Shown one piece after another: positions 1-6,500 of a DNA stretch of 64,000 bases (within the stretch, counting starts at the first letter, position 1; every line of letters starts with the position of its first letter). The notes beneath the pieces were generated by a model that saw only the letters and a program-made list of their open reading frames with translations, did no database searches and was not told the DNA's origin. Position numbers and translations under genes: made by a program. Origin of the DNA: Thermoanaerobaculia bacterium (GTDB lineage: Bacteria; Acidobacteriota; Thermoanaerobaculia; Gp7-AA8); contig DASVQE010000052.1 of NCBI GenBank assembly GCA_036389275.1, forward strand, positions 33,680 to 97,679, in the 5' to 3' direction.

Positions 1-373
1 CATCGCTAAGATGATGGAGCAGGTTCAAGGCGAGGATGCCATCGAACGGCTTAAGCCCTAGCGACCTGAGCTCGCCCACACCTGCTGCATAGAACTCGCC
101 TCGGTCGCCGTACCGCTTTTTTGCCCAGGTGATGTATCGCTCACTGACATCGCAGCCGACATACTCGACGTTCGCCGGCCAATACCCGCAGTTCGTGCCG
201 GGGCCGCACCCGACTTCGAGCACCCGTTTTCCTGCGAACGGTGTGATCTTCGCCTGAATGAAATGACGCCGGGCTCTCTCCGCACCGACGGCCTTTTGGT
301 AAAAGTTGTAAACCCGCGGGATTTCGAGGATCTTGCGCGGATCCCAAAACGGCAGACTCGTCGATTCGGCCAT
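1..373 (-). CDS. class I SAM-dependent methyltransferase, N-terminal part (gene continues past the window start)
   Basis: Own translation of the minus strand from ATG (reverse complement of cat at 371-373), open with no stop down to position 2: MAESTSLPFWDPRKILEIPRVYNFYQKAVGAERARRHFIQAKITPFAGKRVLEVGCGPGTNCGYWPANVEYVGCDVSERYITWAKKRYGDRGEFYAAGVGELRSLGLKPFDGILALNLLHHLSD. VLEVGCGPGTN is the AdoMet-binding glycine-rich motif I. FDGIxxxNLLHH is the typical post-I/motif II region. Absent from the supplied ORF track because it has no stop codon inside the window. The listed 58..546 and 141..392 minus ORFs are other frames of the same region. Confidence 0.6.
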   Translation of the reverse strand, partial: MAESTSLPFWDPRKILEIPRVYNFYQKAVGAERARRHFIQAKITPFAGKRVLEVGCGPGTNCGYWPANVEYVGCDVSERYITWAKKRYGDRGEFYAAGVGELRSLGLKPFDGILALNLLHHLSD

Positions 374-552
374 TGTCGAATTCTAACGGCAAACAAGCTC
401 ATGCTCTCGCTATAGCGTGCTCGACTATGCCGGAAAAGTGACTTGCTCAAAGCGGGCGCCGAGTCATAGAGTGCCGATCGCGACACAGAATCCCCAGGTG
501 CTGAAAAGCAGTCGGACACTCTGCAGTCCTCCCGAAAACCCTGCACGCGGAG

Positions 553-3500
553 GTGCCAGTGAAACGCTTCTTGAGCCCAATCCGCCTTCTTTCGTTCGCC
601 TGTTCAGTCGTTACAATAGTCGGGTTTGCGCCTTCGGCACGCGCAATCTGTGAGGCCGGATCGAGCCTTCCGGGTGTCACGCTGAACTATTCGGGACCGG
701 ACACCTTCGGGCACGGCACGCTGATGATCGGATATTCGTTTCCGAATACCGATGGCCCCCAACAACGGACCGTTCACCTGGTGTCGGATGATTCCCTCGT
801 CGCTTCCATCAGTCCCACTGAGGCCAGCGGTATCTGGACGCTCCCCTTCAACTTTACCTGCCTGCGTGGGGGATCACACTACGTAAAGGCACGCGCCGTC
901 GCGTGCAACGGGTGGAGCAAGGCTGATTTCGAGCGGTGGAGCAACGCCGTGACCGCCGACATTGTCAGCAGGCCTACGGCAAACCCCACGTACTCGGGCC
1001 CCGATGAATTCGGTCACGGCACGCTGACGGTCGATTACAACTTCCCGAATACCGATAGCGCCAGCCAGCGTGCGATCAATGTCGTCTCCGATGACCAATT
1101 GATGGCGGAGTTTTCGCCGACGTCGCAGAGCGGGACGTGGACGATTCCGTTCGACGTCACGTGCTGGCGCAAAGGGCAGCACTACATCAAGACGCGAGCC
1201 GTATCGTGCAACCACTGGAGTGATCCGGACTATGAGTATTGGAGTGCTCCCATCAACATTGATATCGACAGCCGGCCGGAAGCCACACCAACCTACAGCG
1301 GACCCGACGAACTAGGCCACGGCACGTTAACGGTTGCGTACAAATTCCCGAATACGGCCGGTGCTAATCAACGGGTGATCCATGTCGTTTCCGACGACCA
1401 GCTGATCGCCGAGTTCTCGCCTCCAACGCGAACCGGCACGTGGACTCTGCCATTCAACGTTACCTGCATGACCGGAGACCATTACATCAAAACGAGAGCG
1501 GTTGCCTGCAACCATTGGAGCGATCCCGACTTCGAGCATTGGAGCGACGCGATCAATGTGGCGCCTGACCATAAGCCATCAGCACAGATCACCGATGTCC
1601 GGAAAAACGAATCGGGTGTCTGGCAGGCGATCGTTCACTATCATTTCCCGCAAACCGACAACGCTTCGCAGCGCTCATTGAGATTGGAGTGGCAGGATAA
1701 CGGCGCGCTGATCGGAACCGTGGCGCCGGGCCAGGTAGAGGGAGATTGGGTGGTGGATCTTCCGGCGTGCGTTCCGGGCGAGCTCACCACCCTCCGGGTC
1801 ATTGCAATCGCGTGCGGCGACCAGCGCAACTCGTCGTCGAGAGCCGCCGGACTTCCTGAATGCGACAACGCCTGCTCGGTCGAGTGCGCCGACTGTTTTT
1901 CGAAACCGATTCGCTCGACGAACGGCAACATGCGGTTCAGTGACGCCGACCCGCTTCCCGGTGAGATCGTCACGCCGCTCGCGCGAACGTACAACAGCCG
2001 CGATCCTCGCATCGGTCGTTTCGGTCGGGGTTGGTCATCCATCTTCGACGCTCACCTCACCGCTCGCGGTGGCGCAGACGGCGGCGAGACCGTCCGGCTC
2101 ATCACCGCGACCAGTGACGTTTACGCGTTCGAGCAGAGTGGCGGCGCCTACGTGCAGACGTACCCGGCCGGCGAACGCGTTCCGAGCGTCCTCACCTACG
2201 ACGCCGCGCGCGGCCTCTTCGTGCATCGTCATGGCGGGAGCGCTACCGAAGAGTTGTACCGCGCCGCGGATGGCCGTCTGGTGGGAGTGTCCTCACGGCG
2301 CGAGGCCCTGCAGGTAGAGATCGCCTATGCCACGGATGCGACGCCGCAGCGCGTCTCCAACTCGCGCGCGAACTGGGCCTGGACGTTCAGTGTCGACGCC
2401 GCCGGACGTATAGCGCAAATCGCCGTAGAAGGAAGATCCGACCTCACCTGGACGTATGGGTACGACGCCGATGGCAACCTCACCACGGTCACCGCGCCGG
2501 CGAACGCGCCCTGGCGAACATACACCTACGGTGCTGCCGGGATGCTCGCCGCCTACGACGCGCAGCAGCGCTTGATCGAGTCCCATGCGTACGATTCGGA
2601 CGGTCGCGCCGTCAGCACCGCAAGCGATCGCGACGATGTGAGCGCTGTCTCGTACGGCCTTGCCGGACGCGTCGCCGGCGAGCTCATGACACGCGTCACC
2701 TACACCTCCGGGCGGACGACCGACTATTACAGCCGTTTTGTCGGCGGCAAGATGCGCACCGTCCAGGTAGACGGTTCCTGCGACTGCGGGACGGACGATA
2801 CTGTCTATGGCTACGACACGAACGGCCGCATTATTCGCGAACAGGATGCGCGAGGCTACATCACCGTCCGCCAGTTCGACGAGTCGAGTGGCAGACTGAT
2901 CTCCGTCGGGACCTCGTACCGTCCCGTTTCCTGTGATCCGGCAACCGATTCGACACGCTGCCGTCTCGACCCGTCCACAATTCTCACGACCACTCTGCAG
3001 GCCACGGCGGCGACGGACGTCGTGCAGTACACGTACGGCGACGCCGCATGGCCGGACCGGCCGACGTCGATGACGCGCACCAGTGTTCTGGCGCCCGCGC
3101 AGGTCACCACGACGTCGAGCGTCTTCGATCCGTCTACAGGCGTCACGTTGCAGGAAACGATCAGCGGCTGGACGAACCGCGGCGCCGGCAATGTGGTGGA
3201 AACCCGTACGACGACCCGAGCGCTTTACGACGGAGCGGAGACGGCGCTCTTCGATCCCTGCGGAGGAGCGTCATGCGCGTTCTCGCCTAGCTGGCTGGCA
3301 TTGCCGCAACCGTCGAAGCAGATCAAGCTCGTCGACGGGCCGAGGGACGGTGTCAGTGATCAGACGACACTCGTTTACTATCCGGTACACGCCTCCGTTC
3401 CTGCGCTCCTCCGCGGCCGGCTCGCGGCCTCGCGTAATGGCGCCGGGCATATCGTCCGCTTTGAAGCCTATGACGTCTTCGGCAACGCCACCCGAGTGGT

Positions 3501-6500
3501 GGACCCGAACGGCGTGGCCACCGAGACGGCCGCCGATGCGCTGGGCCGCGTACTGACCACGACGATCAAGGCGACCTCCGGCTGCGACACGACGATCGAC
3601 CCGCTCTGTGCCGATGATCTCGTGGCAGCACGGACGTACGCGCTCAGCTCCGGCGCCCTGGCGAATACCCGCCTCCCGGGAGGAGGTGTGAGCGTGTACG
3701 CCTATGACGTACGCGGGCGCATCACCATGCTGTCCCGCGGTGCTGACCTGAACGATCTTCGCGAACGTCTCGAATACGAGTACGACGACACGACCGGCGA
3801 GAAAAGGCTCGAGCGGTGGCTTTCTTATGAGAATGGTGGTTGGGTTGAGAAAAAGCGTGAGACCTACCACTACGACGCGGTCGGAAATCTTTCGGAAGTC
3901 GTTCATGGCGACGGCACGGCCGTGCATTATGCGTACGACGCGCAACGTCACGTCGTAGGGGTGCGCGATGAGCGGCACTCCGCGAATAACACCACTTACG
4001 CATATGATCCCGCGGGGCGCATTTCAACCGTAACCCAGACATTGGGAAGCGGCCAGGTCGTAACGCGGTATGCGTATGACTTGCGCGGGAACCTCGCCAG
4101 CGTGACCGATCCGAACGGCAATGTCACGACGTACAAATACGACGATTTCGGGCAGCTGCTGCAGCAAACGAGTCCCGTCACCGGGACCACGACCTATGCT
4201 TACGATCCTGCCGGCAACCTCACCCGCACGGTAGACGCGAACGGGAGCGTGTCGGTGAGATCATTCGATGCGCTCGGGCGTGTCATCAGCGCCACGTCAT
4301 CACGCCTGAACGCAACGGATTCGGTTCAATGGACGTACGACGAGAATCCGAATGGCGTCGGGCGTCTTTCCGGATTTACTGACCCGTCCGGCCAGGCGAG
4401 TTTCCGATACGACCGCCGCGGGCTGTTGTTGCGCGAGACTAAGCAGTTCGGCGCCGAGACTTATGTCACTACATACGGATACGATGCGGACGGGAACCGC
4501 AACCGGATCGTCTACCCCAGCGGCCGTACAGCGACCTACAGCTTCGATTACGCCGGGCGCCCGCTCACCGCGGCGGTGAACGGTGCGCCATTGGTTCTCT
4601 CTGCGTCGTACCTTCCGTTCGGTCCTGTCACCGCTACCACCTATGGGAACGGAACGGCACGTACCGCCACCTACGATGCGCGCTATCAGCTCCTCACGAA
4701 CGCGCTGGCAACCGCCAGTGGAGCGATTGCTTCTTACACCTACACGCATGACGCAGTCGGCAATGTCACCGGCATCCACGACGTCCTGGCACCGGGTTAC
4801 GACCGTACCTTTGGCTACGACGATCTCAATCGCCTCACCTCGGCCAATACGGGCGACGCTCTCTGGGGCACGGCTACATACTCCTATGACCCGATGGGAA
4901 ACCTCTTGACGTCGTCCCTCGGTTCTCTCACGAAGACGTTCAACTATGCCAATGCGTCGCCCAAACTGACCGCAGTCGCAACCAACGGCGCGCCGCAGGC
5001 GGTGACGTATGACGCGGCCGGTAATGAAACCGTGGTCGGGCCGGAGCAGTTTGTCTACGGCCCGCGTAATCTGCTGGTGCGCAACGACAACATCGAATAC
5101 GCGTACGACGCGCGCGGCGTGCGCGTGACGCAGAAAAGTGATGTCGTACGCGTGGCTTCACTGTCGCTGAACGCTTCGAGGATTCGTGGCGGCGAGGCGG
5201 GTGCGTTCACGATTGCACTGAGCGGTCCGGCGCCTGCGGGCGGCGTCGTCGTCGCGGTGACGAGCTCGAGTGCCCTCGTCACCGTGCCGAGCACGGTAAC
5301 GATTGCAGCCGGCGAAACGAGTGCCTCCGTCCCGTTCACGTCCGTTGCGGTCTCACAAGCGACGACGGTTCACCTGACCGCCACTCACTTTGGCGATATT
5401 TCGCAGGATCTCGTCCTGACGCCATCGTGTTTAGTCGATCGCGTGGAGATCCATGAAGCGTCGGTCACGGGGGGCCAAGCCGCGCATGGTGTCGTGTACC
5501 TCTTCGAGCAGGCGCCCACGGGCGGCACCGAGGTGACGCTTGCGTCCAACGCTGGTGCCGCGGTGGTGCCGCCGAGCGTGGTCATCGCCGCGGGTCAGTC
5601 CTCCGCGGAGTTTCCGATCGCGACCACTCCGGTCACTGCCGACACGACCGCACGAATCACCGCCTCACTCTGCGGTTCGGTATGGAGCGAATTTTCTGTC
5701 GCGGCACCCTCACTCGCCACGCTGGTTCTGCAACCCGCGGCCGTGGAGAGCGGCGCGGTGACTACGGCCACCGTTACGTTGACCGGCGCAGCACCGGCCG
5801 GCGGGATCGTGGTCCTGACATCCACAAGCGACTCGACGCTCGCTACAGTACCCTCCAGCATTGTGATTGCGGCGGGCCAGTCGGCCGGATCGTTTGCGGT
5901 GACCACGCGGCCGATCGACGAACCGGCGTCCGTCATTGTGTCGGCGTCGCGAGGCAACGTCACGAAGAGCGCGACCCTGGACGTCGCACGCTGCACGTTC
6001 GACGACGTTCCGCCGACGCTCCCGAGTGACGAGATCGTCTGGTTTGACGATGCACCGCCTGCAGGCGCAGTGCTCCACGAGTCCTGGACGTGGGACACCA
6101 CGAAGAAGGCGAGCGGTGTTCAATCGATGGACATTCCGCTTGCGAACGGATACAGCGGAAGGTGGTTTGAAAACGCTACGAATCGGCTGGTGGTCGCGGC
6201 AGGCGATCGGCTCTTCGTCTATGTTCTGGTCGACCCTTGCCACCCGCCGCGGGAAATTATCCTTGGCTGGAGTGACGGCGCCGTCGATCAACGTGCCTAT
6301 TGGGGCGAGGACCTCCTTCCTTTCAGTGCGGCCGGAACAGGCCGCGTGCGCATGGGCGACGTCCCCGAAGGCGGTGAATGGGTCCGTCTCGAAGTGCCGG
6401 ACTCGACGCTTCATCTCGCGGGCCGTTCGCTCAGTGCGATGGCGCTCGATATTTACGGCGGCCGCGCATGGTTCGATCGCGCAGGACGGATTGCGTGCAA

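Noticed and set aside
440-500. Sigma-70-like promoter (TTGCTC, then about 18 nt, then TAGAGT) upstream of the first giant gene
   Set aside because: Weak match with non-optimal spacing. The promoter consensus of this high-GC organism is unknown, so it is not reported as a feature.
58-546. Minus-strand ORFs 58..546 and 141..392 from the supplied track
   Set aside because: They are wrong-frame shadows. The real minus-strand gene is the methyltransferase frame starting at 373 and running out of the window.
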